DNA of 63,357 nt, counting the filler, from Octopus bimaculoides (Eukaryota), in NCBI RefSeq assembly GCF_001194135.2. It is 5 parts of 4 records of this genome, joined end to end, with 100 filler letters (N's around TTAATTAATTAA, not from the genome) between each part and the next. Parts side by side here need not be neighbours in the genome. Positions count along the whole stretch, not along the records: positions 15,945 to 44,432 come from NC_068982.1; positions 44,533 to 58,631 come from NC_068987.1; 3 more parts are not named here. One strand, 5' to 3'. How positions within the stretch are numbered: position 1 is the stretch's first letter; each line of letters opens with the position of its first letter. The translations under genes and the position numbers were made by a program. Shown here one piece after another: positions 38,511 through 51,322 of the stretch. The notes beneath the pieces were generated by a model that saw nothing but the letters and a program-made list of their open reading frames with translations, did no database searches and was not told where the DNA came from.

Positions 38511-39369
38511 TCGTGTGGTAATGGAAATTGAAAGTGACATTCAATATTTGCTATGAGACTATGTATCTTTGTAGCAACTTTTCTTTCGATCTATGTATGT
38601 ACTGTCTCTCTCAGGTTCTCTTTCACTTCCTCTGTGTCCTTCCGCTTTCCCGCTTTAAATTTAAGAGTGTATGTATGTATCTATGTATCTACATTTGTTT
38701 TGATCTGTGTAGCTACTTTTATTTCGGTGTATGCATCAGTCTACTCTGAAAATACTGATAACCATTTTACCTCTCCCTTTAACTGTAGAAAAGTAACAGT
38801 AACATCCACATCTATTTGCTGAGAGACATATAGACAAGGGAAGAGAAAGAGTATATCAGAGAGAGAGGGGCTGCCAGACAGATAGAGAGATAAATAGGCA
38901 ACTTTTCTTTTTGCAATTTCCATATGATATGGCTTTATCATATATCTTCGAAAACGAAAAGTTTACTAGCGTTTTCATTATGAGAATAGTTCCAGTGTCT
39001 TTCGATATTATTTTCTATCCACTCCCTTCCGTCACTCAATCTCTCAAAATATCTCTCTTTTACCCCTCCTTCCTCTCTCCCTCCAAACATCTCTTGTCTC
39101 TAACTGTTCTTCTGCGTTTAACGTGTTATATTTCTCTTACAACTCAGCGCTATCAATCTCACCCTCTCACTCACTCCCTCTGCTTCTGTCCCACCTCTCT
39201 CTCCCGCTTTGGCACCCACTTCAACTACACCTTCTCTGCTTAATAACTTTTATTTCTCTTATTCTTTGTACCACTCCTTCAAACTTGTTACCTCTTCCTT
39301 TGAAGTGTGACACACACACCACAGGTACGTACGTAGAAAAACAAAAATGGCGTATTAATATCATTGATC

Positions 39370-39565
39370 CTTCTAGTACACCACAATGCCTGACATTTTG
39401 GTGGGAGTGAGTAGTTGATTACATTTATTTCAGATCTCAGCTGGTAACTGGTTTATCAACTCCGAAAGAATGAAAAGCAATGTCGGCCTCGGCGGAATTA
39501 GCACTCAGAACGTAAATACAGATGAAACTTCGCTAGTCGTTTGTATGACATGCTAATGTTTCTGC
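39370..39565 (-). mobile_element. SINE family A, old copy
   Basis: TCCGAAAGAATGAAAAGCAATGTCGGCCTCGGCGGAATT, reverse complement of family A. Confidence 0.75.
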
Positions 39566-39742
39566 TTATGATAAATAAGAATGATGAGGAAGAGGTGAAG
39601 GATAACTTCCTTTGTTGGTCAAAAGTTCAAATAATTTGCTGTCATTACTAGACTGAAGGACATAGCAACACAATAAAGCATATACATTGTGAGAGTGCAC
39701 GGAAAAAATTGATGTGAACAAGAGCGGTTTACAAATATTGGA

Positions 39743-39952
39743 TTGAAATTGTGGCACAAGGCCAGCAAGGTCGGGGAAGAATGTGAGTCAATAACATCCA
39801 CCCCATTGTTTAACTGGTACCTATTTAACGATAACGAAACGAAGAATGGTAACATTGACTTCGGCGGAAAAAATTGAACTTAGAACCTGAAGACAGATGA
39901 AATGCTGCTTAGCATTCTGACCGGTGCGCTAAAGATTCTGTCAATTCATCAT
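39743..39952 (-). mobile_element. SINE family A, old copy
   Basis: GGCACAAGGCC...CTGGTACC...CTTCGGCGGAA...GAACT...AGCATT. Confidence 0.75.
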
Positions 39953-42900
39953 CTGACAGCTAAGAAATATTAATAAATAGTAAACAAGTAATACAAAGCA
40001 CCATCCGTGCAGAACAGCAATAAAACTATTAAAATTCCTTAAATTACTTGAGCAAACATACAGGGTAATTCCGTGTTCCCTGGTCACACAGTTGCATTAC
40101 ACAAAAAAGCTATATTCTCAACCGGTTGTAGAATTTACAAACAAAAAAGGTTATCAGTAACAAAGATTTGATAGGAAATATTCTCCAGTAGGAGTGAAAT
40201 TATACAGGAATTATTTGAGGAACACCCACAAAGAGACCCAAACCACTCTACCACAGCCAAGGCATAAAACATGACCTCTCCCTTCTTTTTTTTTACTCTT
40301 CTTAGAATAACACATGTATCCTAGGCCCAGTCACCGTAGAAAGACTTGAAACTCTTATTGACCCTTATTAAAACACGCAAGAAATCTTCAACCCACTCAT
40401 AATATTCACTCTTGGCAAGAGACAAAAATGTTTGTTTCAACACTTGAAACATGCGCAACACCTTTTAATGTAGCCACCACATGGCGCAAGGCTAAAACAC
40501 TTTTCTTTTAAAGAAAAATAGCACGTCAATCATCACTGTATACTCTGGTAATAACCGGTTCGTATTTCAAGTGAAAGAGGCTGTTTGATAGAGGCCCATT
40601 GGTTTTTATTGCATGCATGGTGAATGATTGCCGACAGGAAGGGACTCTTGGCCACGTGTAATTCGGACAGATATGATATTTATATTTACTAAATTTCGGG
40701 TGCAAAGCTATTCTGCGGAAAAGTATATTGTACAAAGAAATGTTACCATCATTTAGCCTTCAATTTCTTCGTCTTTGCTGCGATTACATTAGACAAATTA
40801 TTGTGAAGATTCGTTATTCTCAGCAGTGCGCATTTGATTACATATTATCAACGCCGGTATCCTGTGAACAACAGAAGTCTTTTCATTGTTGCAGATAAAA
40901 TTTCAGAGCAACAGAAGCTATTTCTTCTATGTGAAATGAGTGGAAACGTGCACAAACGAGAAGGTATCTGAAGCCAATATAGGAAGTAAAAAGTTACAAT
41001 ATGAGATGCAGAGTTTGCGATAAAGTAGAATTAAATTATCTCCTCGAAACAAAATCTAGAAAGTATTAAATTAATCCCATAAACTGAGATGTTGGTTGTC
41101 ATACCAACGTTACCGGTCACAGAGTAGCTCAAATAAGAGAGGTCAAGTGGCCGAATGAAATCAATACTACAATCTGGTGAAGAGAATAGCAGAGGCGGTA
41201 AACACAGGCATCACCTTCATCAGGTATTTTGTTTGTGTAGTGTATGGAATACCTAAAGAGCTTTAAGACAATAGTTTCTATAAATAATATTTAGTTGTAA
41301 GTGGAGAGGTCACGCAAAACAGGCATAGTTTGTAAAGAATTGCAGCAATTAAAGGTAATGTTCCTATGAAAGTATACCAACGACGGAAAGGTTGTAAACG
41401 TACAGCATATTTAAGCAATAACGTGTGGTTATGACGTACCTCGACTAAATACACACACTTGCACACAACACAGAGACAAGTTAGCATTTTATCCCAGAAC
41501 AGTAATTTCTAAAAATAATCTAAATATCTATTTCGTGTAATTCTATTATATCAGTCTCTTTATCGAACGTAATATCGGTGGTTTTAATTGAGTTATCTTT
41601 CTCTCAATCCAATGTGATATATTTTTTTCTTATTTGAATACTATATAGATTTCCCTCACAAAATAATAAGCCATATTTATGGAGGATTTCAGTCATCTGC
41701 AGCTTAACATTTCAAATTTATACTCATAATAATGCTTACCGTTATATTAAAGTCCATGCATTGACATCCAACTACTGCCAGGTTGTAAAATGTTGTTCTA
41801 AAGAATGTTCTTATATCTATATATATATATATATATATAAAAGATAATAAGAGTGAAAAAACTACAGAAGGCTTGTGTTACATGGTTAAAGTATATATTT
41901 AAATTATGTCAGAAAAATGTTAGAAAAATGTTAGAAAATCTTTTTGGTATATAAACATTGTATTTTGAGAAATAACCGGTTTCGTGTTGTCTTTTCAAAT
42001 TTCTCTACTTCATTGTAACGCGTTATAATCATTTCTATTTCTGGGATTTGCAAAATCGCTAATAACAATTTTAATGTAGCATTTTTGATTGTCACGAATT
42101 ATTCATGGGCAATATTGCTAGACTTTAAGGATAACACTTAAAGAATAGCCTGCTGCTGATCAATACATGATACTTAGATGGAGGTGAAATTTGCGCTATC
42201 TTAAGACTTCGCACAATTCATCCCATGATTCTGTTCATGAGTGTTTGTTTTCATCATTTATCATTTTGATAATCTTGAAATGTAGTGTCTATAAAATTCG
42301 AAGAAAATATATGACTTCTTCTTTGTGGGGTTTCTACTTTCTATCTGTGTTATTCATTTCTACCTGTGATATTCATGCATTGTTTCTTCCGACATTTATT
42401 TATTGTTTTCATATAATTCAATGAATCAAGAAATATACTTTCAATAATCATTGTGTGCACCACTGAGGAGTTCGAAAATTTAACATTGCTAAGATTTAAA
42501 AAATATATTTACATTACGTAGACCTGTAACACATATTGAATTACCTTTTCATTATTTTGTATCGTTTTTTACATGTTTCTCAAGTATTTTCCCAGTCTTT
42601 CTTTAAATGCAGATGTTTTTATATCAGCTTGAGATGAGTAAGGTTTTTTTTTTCCTCTGGTAATTTCTATAGATGTCTTACCTACTATGTGTATCCTCCT
42701 CGGCATACAAATATATCGTGGCTTTTTCTGTAAGTCCACATCATCTAATTTGAAATTTCTTCTTTCTTTGTTAAGTTTATGTCTTGTAGTTATTAAGGTG
42801 CCTTTTGACATTCGTCCGTGCAAATATATTTCGATTTTATTCTCCGAAATATTCACGTAATTTTCATAACTATGTATGCTATGTTTAGAATAATAACATA

Positions 42901-43762
42901 TCAATTCATATTCATATTCTGATGGATTCGAAGATGAATATTTAATTGCTGCTATATTTCGGCACCGAAATGCAACCTCTTCTCTTTAGAAATGTGTTCA
43001 TTATAAAATTGATACCCCTTAGAAATTTTGAGACGTTACGGTGTTTCGAACTCGTTTTATGTCTCCTCGGTCAGCTCGATAACACTAACAAGTACACGAA
43101 CACTTCTACACAGGAATAATAAAAATGGATTATTTGCTAATGCGTGCTGATGTATGCTAAACAAATGATTTATTGGGTGTTCGTAGTACAGCGAGAATTC
43201 AATCAGATATTCATGTTCGAATTTTCTTCTACGTAATTTCGATCACAATTTGATAGATATGCTGTCGTTTGATAATTGAAGCTTTGGATTTTTGTTTGGT
43301 TGTTCTGCATTTGCTAACCTCATCGACATGATTTATATTCTGATTAAGTAAAACTTTGTATTTTGTAATTAGGTTCTTTAAAATTTAGTTTGTATGATTT
43401 ATTTGTAATGTTCGTTAAGTAATCTTGTTTATGTACTCCATTAATATCCCTAATTTTTATTTGTTTGTTGCATCATTAGTTAGTTAGGTTCTATATGTGC
43501 ACGTGATGGTTTTTCAATTTACTCTAGATTAAATCTCATAAACATGAACGTTTGTATATTGGAACGAATGTAATTGAGGAAAGTGTTTCTCCCATCTCTA
43601 TGTGGAAATTGTATACATTTTTGCAATACGAAGTAAGGAGCAAATCCCGTCTCACTTTTCGTATTATATCAATAAATGATAATGGTTGTGTTCATGCTAA
43701 AGTGGAATTTAGCATTAACCTATATAGATTAATATATAGATACATTGTGATAGATAACTAGT

Positions 43763-43826
<64 letters not shown>

Positions 43827-45007
43827 CATATAGATAGATAGATAGATAGATGGTTTGATCCAACAGTGTTACAATAAAAACATATACTCCATCCTGTGAG
43901 ATATGAATATGAATTTAATACATATACCAAAAGAGCAACTAATAATTTCATTATTTTATGCTACAAGGACATGTAGAATTATAAAACACTATGTATCTCC
44001 AAGCACATTTCCAACCTCTATGTATGCGCAAGGTTAAATGCATAAACAGAGCCTGAAAGATTTCTTGGATATACACAGCTTACTTTACCAATGTACGTAT
44101 TTAATATTCATAAAAGCTTGAAGCTATTAGTGGCTTTTTATTTACGTGTATTAAATATATATAGTCATGGCTAGAAGTTTGAAACATAGGTCTGAAAATT
44201 AGTATTTTTATGTTAAATGGACAGAGATATTTTAAAACTAAACAAGTTGGTCTAGAACTACATTTTTGATCTTGCCTATTTTTTTTTTCTTTTAAATATT
44301 GAACTATTGGATAATTGATTCACTAAGTATACCTCAAAGATGTATATATTTGAATCGAATCAAAAATGGGTCAAACAATTTTAACACTTAAAAACATTTT
44401 CGCAAACATTTGGCCACGCCTGTGCTTATATANNNNNNNNNNNNNNNNNNNNNNNNNNNNNNNNNNNNNNNNNNNNTTAATTAATTAANNNNNNNNNNNN
44501 NNNNNNNNNNNNNNNNNNNNNNNNNNNNNNNNGGCAAGAATGATGCTGGTGGTGTATGTTTATGCGTGTGTGTATGTGTGTGCGTGTGTACATGTGTGTG
44601 TGTGAGTGCATATGTGCATGTGTATGTGAAAGACAAGGGGAGAGGGAGAGAGAGAGAGAGAGAGGGGGGCAGACAGTGACAGAGACAACAGAGAGAGACG
44701 AGAAAAAAAACTAGAGGGCAAGCAAAAAAAAGTGGAAGGCAAAGGAAGGAAGGGAGGAAAGAAGGAAAGGGATGAAGAGTGGGAGTGTAACTATAAAGGT
44801 GACGCACCTACAATGAAAGAATCCGTTCCAACCTTGACCATTTCGTCCTTTTTAAGGGAACATTACGAGTATCGGAAGGAAATCCCGCAACGAATGCCTT
44901 TTGCATTCTGGTGTGTGTGTGCAGGAACGTGTTAGAAAATAAATGTGCATATCATTGTATTGATCCTCGCTCCTTCGTGTTCTAATTATTTCCAGCTTGG
45001 CAAACCT

Positions 45008-45056
45008 CTGTACGCATCAATACTGTACGCATCAATACTGTACGCATCAATACTGT
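45008..45056. repeat. 15-bp tandem repeat TACGCATCAATACTG x3
   Basis: Units at 45011, 45026 and 45041. Confidence 0.95.
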
Positions 45057-45109
45057 TTGCTGGTTCTTATATATATATATACGAACAAAAGTTTCTGTTT
45101 ACCTCCAAT

Positions 45110-45150
45110 TAACTGAAGAAGTAAAATCATGCCGAAACACCGTGTCACGT
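45110..45150 (+). ncRNA. degenerate hammerhead-like motif
   Basis: CTGAAGA...GAAACAC-C-GTGT-C (palindromic stem III, GUC); stems I and II are disrupted. Confidence 0.35.
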
Positions 45151-45734
45151 GTTCTGCTAGCATCACTTGAAGCTCGATTCGTCTTGTTNNNNNNNNNNGG
45201 TTTTTTTTTTTTTTTCTCACACAAAGTCTATAGAGAGAAATTTATTCACCGAGTCAAAATCCCGCAACAAATGTCTTTCGCCTTCCGTTGTGCAGGAGCG
45301 TGTTAAAAATACACAAACACGCGCGCGTGCGCGCATTATGTCTGTATTTATGTCTGTATGTTTGTATGCATATGTATGTGTGTGTGTGTATACATATACA
45401 CACACATGTAGGTATGTACTTATACATACATAAAAACATACATACGCGCGTGTGTGTGTGTGTGTGTGTGTGAAAGAAAATGCTGTTTTTCTGTTTGCGA
45501 AAAGTCAAAACAATACGAGTTATAAGGAATAAATCGATTGTTTGTTCTCGATATTTCGGGATTAAGAACTCCTCTTCAGGAAAACGCAATCAAAGATTTG
45601 GTGTTGCGAGTTAGCTTTTCTCTGTCCAAATATATGATAAAAGTACAAACCATTCACTTCTCTTATTTCTGGTAAATCGCATTATTTTCCTTTTTTTTTC
45701 AAAGATATGAAAACATTTACTATGTTACACACAC

Positions 45735-45767
<33 letters not shown>

Positions 45768-46579
45768 CATATGAAACACCGAGAAACAATGACTCATTTA
45801 GAATGGTAGTGAAAAGTACGTTCACACTGCTCTACTCCAAGAATATAATAAACTTAAATACATTGCACTTTAATAAATTAGACTTAAATACATGACAGTA
45901 CATAATCAGGACGACTATTAAAGCTATATCTTGATAAGCTACAGCTATATATAGTGATTTAGTTTCCAAGGTCTCTGAGTGGTCGATACATCTTCTCTGC
46001 TGAGTGGCACTGAGATTTGTAAGAAGGTATCTTGGGATGAAGAATGACTGATGACTTGTGCCGTAACTTTGTTTAAAGTGAAGTAGAGTTACGCATTGTA
46101 AACCTCATTCTCTCGTTCGCGACCTTCTTCAAGCCAGTGGCAAGACCAGGTCAAGACGACTGGGGATAGAGAAGGATTCAGTGAATGACCATGGGGTCTT
46201 ACTTAGTTCATCTTACTTTCTGCACTCCACAATGCGTTGCTGCAACCGGTTTCCCATCTGTTGAACTATGAAAGTTTCTTCTGCAGAGTCCATCAGATCC
46301 AGTTTTTACATGCATAGGTAGACAAGCTGAACTTATCAAGAGATACATATCTGTTGGGTAACCCCTCCTGTGTTACTCGCTAGTCGAAACGGTCTACCAG
46401 ATTTTGATCGCCGTTGCATGCAAACAGCTACTTGGTGCTAGAAGTAAGAGTTGGGTGTCAGGTGAAGACCAGAGCGGACAAACCAACCCTAAGATTGCAA
46501 CGTGTTCCCCCATCAAATATGCTACCCCTCCCTGACAATCCATACACACCATATATATTTACCTAAGTCTACATATAAC

Positions 46580-46616
<37 letters not shown>

Positions 46617-47305
46617 CGTGTGTGTGTGTGTACATACAAAAACGTATGCATGCACGCACGAACACACATAGACAAACAGACAGACATATGTATGTACAAC
46701 GCAATTATATGAACAATGCTTGATGACTGGTAACTGCCAATATCCGCAATGTGCTTGGATTTGTATACATTGTTTATAGTAGATTAAGCTCTTGTGCCAT
46801 ACGCAAATCACCATCTTAATACACAACTTGTTGTTATGCAACCTTTGCCACGATACAAATGCGCAAAGGATCGATGAATAAATTTTCGGTATGTTTTGGT
46901 TATATCTTTCAAGCCTTTGTTGATCAAAACATAGCCGTATTGATGACTGGATCATAAAGTAAATGTACCAAATTATACATTGGCTGGCGAAAGAAAATAA
47001 ACTTGTCCAGAGATGCAACTCGGTTTAAAACAATGGTTTAGTTAGCGTTAACATATACAAGGAGGAATAAAAAAAGATAGTGTAACCAGCAAATAAATAA
47101 TGATAATAATAAATAATAAACAATTGTTACTTATTCAATCAGCATACGTTTATTGCTAATTAGCTTTTTAATGTCTCACTGCATTAAATATTTAACACTA
47201 ATTAATAGTTAATTATTGTTTTATTGATGTCATTGTTGTCTGTGGTGTTGTTTACGTGCGAATGGTGCCATTGAATAATTTTCTGTATACTACATATTGC
47301 ATTAA

Positions 47306-47815
47306 AAGTACCAGAAGTTGGTGAAAGACTGCTACGAGAATGTGTGGAGAACAAGGCATTTCCTTGTGGAAGTTGGGAGTCAAGTGTTTTGCCTTACCTT
47401 GAGTAAGACTTTATAAGAATGAGCAGAAAAAGAGTCATCGATAACAACGAAGAGGCTGCTGAAAAAGCGTCTAAGTGGCTCTAGTTAAAGAGAAGTGAGC
47501 GATGGTGTTAGCAGAATGCCGCTTGTCTAGGCTTGATCAACCTAGGCAGGTTGGGTCACCTGAACGGTGGTGTATATTGTAAGATCTGAAACACCCAGTT
47601 GATTCCTAAATACAACACAGAAGATGGGTCCAAGTAATACATCTGTAGATGTGTATAGAACTATAAATGCGATTACAGGCCAAGACTAGATCAACCTAGG
47701 TTGGAACGTCTGCATGAAGGTATATGTTTTATGACCCGAAACCCCTAGTGATCTCGGGATAAAATATTAATGATGTATCCAAGTATTGCATTTGTAGTTT
47801 TCTGTTGAACTAATA
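47306..47815 (+). mobile_element. Hero-like non-LTR 3' end with tandemly duplicated 3'UTR
   Basis: KYQKLVKDC.EN.WRT...VEVG and EAAEKASKWL*LKRSERW; GATCAACCTAGG at 47535 and 47689 begins two diverged ~154-bp units. Confidence 0.7.
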
Positions 47816-48253
47816 TATTTATAATACATTAAAGTCAGCTTCAATCTTGCTTGTTTGCTTGTAATGTTACTCAGCGAAACTGGCGCATAATAGGAAAATA
47901 CCATAAATTAAATTTACCCTGAAACAAGTTTCGCGTAAATCGGTAAAGTAGTTTTCAAGACATTATAGATTTTCAGGGTATAAATACCCAAAACGGTGCA
48001 TAATGGGAAAATGTTTCGAAAATAATCTTCCTCCTGAAAGGGAAGAAACTCTTATCTTTCTATTGACAACGAAAAAAAAAAACATTTTTTTTTTTTACAA
48101 TTTCTATTTTTGCTTTTGTTAAACACAATATTTTAATCATTTAGAAATATTTTTAAGTGAATGTGATTTCAATAATGTAAGCTGTTTGTACAGTATGTAT
48201 ATTTTAGCTTTCTTTAAACAGACAACATTTTAATGTTTTTTAAAATTATTTTA

Positions 48254-48310
48254 AACGGCGGTGCATCAGCATGGCCGCAGCTCTCAGCTGAAACTGTAGA
48301 AAAAAAAAGT
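48254..48310 (+). mobile_element. isolated 3' tip of a family-B-related SINE
   Basis: GGCGGTGCATCAGCATGGCCGCAG...CTGAAAC + A-rich tail, compare 11511-11550 and 56851-56890. Confidence 0.6.
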
Positions 48311-48464
48311 GAATACCATTACAAAAAATTTGGGGGGCATATTTAAAAAAATATTCTAAAGTGTAAATGACTTTTAGAATACGGTAGATATTTCGTAAAA
48401 GACCCGTTCGTAACCTCAGTATGAAATAGTCTTTTCGAGTGCATTCAACATATCTCCCCGCCAG

Positions 48465-48580
48465 AGATTTGGCTGCTATTTCTAGCACGCCCTGCTACCA
48501 CGTAACAGCTGTTTGCGATAAAGGACCTGAAATACCTGTTACGTGGTAGCAGGGCCGTGCAAGAAATAGTAGCCAAATCT
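48465..48580. repeat. near-perfect palindrome, 44/45-bp arms, 27-nt loop
   Basis: 48465-48508 versus 48536-48580: 2 mismatches and 1 indel. Confidence 0.95.
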
Positions 48581-49292
48581 TTCCGACCCACGAGGCAACC
48601 TCTGTTGCTGGGAAACTCAGTTTCCCAGTGCCCCAACGGGTCGCGGGTAGTCTAACATATTGCTAAAAGTCGTTGAGAGTTATCCCCCCTGTAACTTTAA
48701 CGTACTACTCTTTCAATACATTTTCGATCTAGAAAATTTAATTATCTAAGTGTTTACAATATCTAACCTGGGTGTTAATGTGGAGTAAGGTGTGTAGTCT
48801 TCATCCGGTCACTAACAAAGTATTTCTAAATTCGGTACGCTAAGATCCTCAAATGTATCAATATGCAATACATCCAGCCGAACTTACAAACATAACGAGT
48901 GATGAATCAAATAATTTCACAGAATGACCTTATATCTACTTATTCGTATTTATATGACATTATTGTACGCTGTAATTCTATTGGAGATCTTAACAGAAAT
49001 TTAGAAATATTTCTGTCATATGTAAAAGTTCCGAATGACTCTTGTCAGTATAAAAAGAGCCATCAAATTTCTAGTATCTCGAAACACAAAATAACTGTTC
49101 GTGATAGGTTGTTTCCCCTTAAATGTCTTCAGCATACCAGCATCTAACGAGCAAGTTGATATCTTTTGGTGAAAGGTAACCAATATGAGTGAAATGTGTC
49201 TTCACCACTGTTTAAGGAATCGAAATTGTCCAGAACATTCTATCACACAACAGTCATCATCTATAATCAATAGCGATAAAAGTAGTAACACT

Positions 49293-49338
49293 AGCAGCAG
49301 CAGCAGCAGCAGAAGAAGAAGAAGAAGAAGAAGAAGAA

Positions 49339-49385
<47 letters not shown>

Positions 49386-49400
49386 AGAAGAAGAAGAAGA
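49293..49400. repeat. (AGC)n-(AGA)n microsatellite
   Basis: Read directly from sequence. Confidence 0.95.
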
Positions 49401-49689
49401 CCCAGCATTTATCGATTACATAAACGAATAGATGCAATGTTGTCTTACACAGGACTTGAACTCAGATCACATAGAGTCGGATAATGAAATCACGTGATCC
49501 GGTGGCCGTAATAGACGATTCTCGTCTGTTAACGATATAATTTCTTCTTCTTCTTCTTCTTCTCTTCCTCCTCCTTTTTCTTCTTCTCAAGCATTTCACT
49601 CATATTGGTTACCTGCACCACGAGTCCTTTTGAGAAATTCTCTCACGATAAATAACGCAGTATTCTATGCTCTAACACGACCTCCACGT

Positions 49690-49915
49690 TGAGTTGGCGA
49701 TCAAGATTACCTTATAATTATCATCTACATTTAACAATAATATTTAGTTACGAGCCTGTGCGTTCGCAGTTCAAATACCACCGAGTCAACTTAGCATCTT
49801 TTATCTCTGTATTCGATAAAAAAAATAATAAAGCAGGTAGCCACTCCTGTATCGGCGGCAGGATAAAACGCAGTTAGTCTGTGCGGTGAAGTGGTTGGTC
49901 ATAGGAAGGACCGTC
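49690..49915 (+). mobile_element. very old SINE relic (family-A-like core)
   Basis: GTTCAAATACCACCGAGTCAACTTAGCATC..TTCGATAAA resembles the family A B-box plus core. Confidence 0.45.
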
Positions 49916-50258
49916 AAATCAACGAAAAAGGTCTATTTGTTCTATACAGAGCTAACATTTACCATTGTAGTGCTGCGCATAGTAGTAGTGTGGTTATGTG
50001 TAAAAACACAGGAGTAGGAATATTGTTGATAGTGACATGGATATGGAAAATGTAATAGTTATTCAGAATATGTAACAAAATAAATTAAGCCGAGAATATC
50101 CATAGGCAACTGGTCTCTCACAATCGAGAAAATTTGATCTTGAAGAAGAGGTAGTGTTAAGGGAGGCAACTCATCATTAATCACCTCCCTTGCAAAAGAA
50201 AAACTCGCTAGAGAAGAGACTTGTTCGATATCCATCGTTTCACGAATATTGTTTTTCC

Positions 50259-50323
50259 TAAGGCGGCGAGCACGTAGAAATGTTAGCACGCCGGGCGAAA
50301 TGTTTAGCGGTATTTCGTCTGCC
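50259..50323 (+). mobile_element. SINE family A head only
   Basis: AAGGCGGCGAG...GTTAGCACGCCGGGCGAAATG.TTAGCGGTATTTCGTCTG. Confidence 0.8.
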
Positions 50324-50329
50324 TCGAAG

Positions 50330-50580
50330 TGTTTTAGTCGAAGAAATTGACCACAGGACTTATTCTATGTAAGTCTAATACTTATTGTATCGATCTTTTT
50401 GTCGAACTGCTAAGCTACGGGGACGTAAACATACTAACATCGGTTTCAAGCGATGATGGGGGGGACAAACACAGACGCATAAATATATGCAGACGGGCTT
50501 CTTTTAGTTTCTGTCTACAAAATCCACTCAAAAGGCTTTGGTCGGCCTGAAGCTATAGTAGAAGACACTTGCCCAAGGTA
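50330..50580 (-). mobile_element. SINE family B lacking head
   Basis: Reverse complement of the family B body (…CTATAGTAGAAGACACTTGCCCAAGGT). Confidence 0.85.
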
Positions 50581-50744
50581 TTTTCAGTGTCCCACCTTCC
50601 TCTGCTACGTTGCCATATACTGAATTCATTTAACTCTTATAACAAAGTCACTAATCTCTAGTCTGAGTATTACTTTTTCTTTGCTGGGAAAAAGATTTAG
50701 TAAATGCAACCCAGTCTATCCTATTTCCTGACGAATATGAAGAC

Positions 50745-50890
50745 TATCCAGTGGTTGGTGTTAGGAAGGGCATCCAGCTGTAGAAACTCTGCTAGATCAG
50801 ATTGGAGTCTGGTGTAGCCATCTGGTTCGCCAGTCCCCCAGTCAAATCGTCCAACCCATGCATGGAAAGCAGACGTTAAATGATGATGAA
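50745..50890 (+). mobile_element. SINE/retroposon 3' part (family C) with GAT tail
   Basis: GGTGTTAGGAAGGGCATCCAGCTGTAGAAAC...CCAACCCATGC...GACGTTAAATGATGATGA; assigned from recall of cephalopod SINE tails. Confidence 0.6.
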
Positions 50891-51102
50891 TGAGGCCACT
50901 GTCATTTGATAGCAGTGTTGTGCAAGCGCAAGAGAGAACCTCATAGAAACGTTCCTTTAGCTCATCTATCATGACCTTACTGTGCACAACAAATCAGTCT
51001 GACAGCTACAGTGATCACCGCATATGTACCACAGTCAAGACTGTAATGCATATGTCATGATCTCTGTAGCCACTATGTTGCCTATGACTAGTCTAAGCTT
51101 AA

Positions 51103-51322
51103 CCCTTTAGCATTCAGATTACTCTGTCAAATGTAATGTTTATTTATTCACAATGTTTTACATTAATCATGCATTATCTTGTAGCTTTGAGATTTCAAGA
51201 ATGTGACTGCATATTTTTAGAATAATATGGTAGGCTTGGTGTGAGAGGCCAGATCTGGTCAGTTCGAACATAAAACAGATAGAATATTTGGGCCAGATAT
51301 GGCCAGTTTATATGCTAAAGAG
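51103..51322. mobile_element. piggyBac-type MITE (220 bp)
   Basis: TTAA at 51099-51102 and 51323-51326; TIRs CCCTTTAGCAT / ATGCTAAAGAG. Confidence 0.85.

Noticed and set aside
39960-40300. Possible LINE C-terminus (RKYSPVGVKLYRN); similar weak case AFKERLGKYL at 42569-42904
   Set aside because: Motif similarity is too weak to support without a database search.
41205-41225. Minus-strand CTGATGAAGG
   Set aside because: No GAAA after the putative stem II.
47560-47750. CTG..ATGA...CGAAAC motifs in tandem resembling hammerheads
   Set aside because: Better explained as Hero-like 3'UTR sequence following the EAAEKAS.WL C-terminus; the cores are not canonical.
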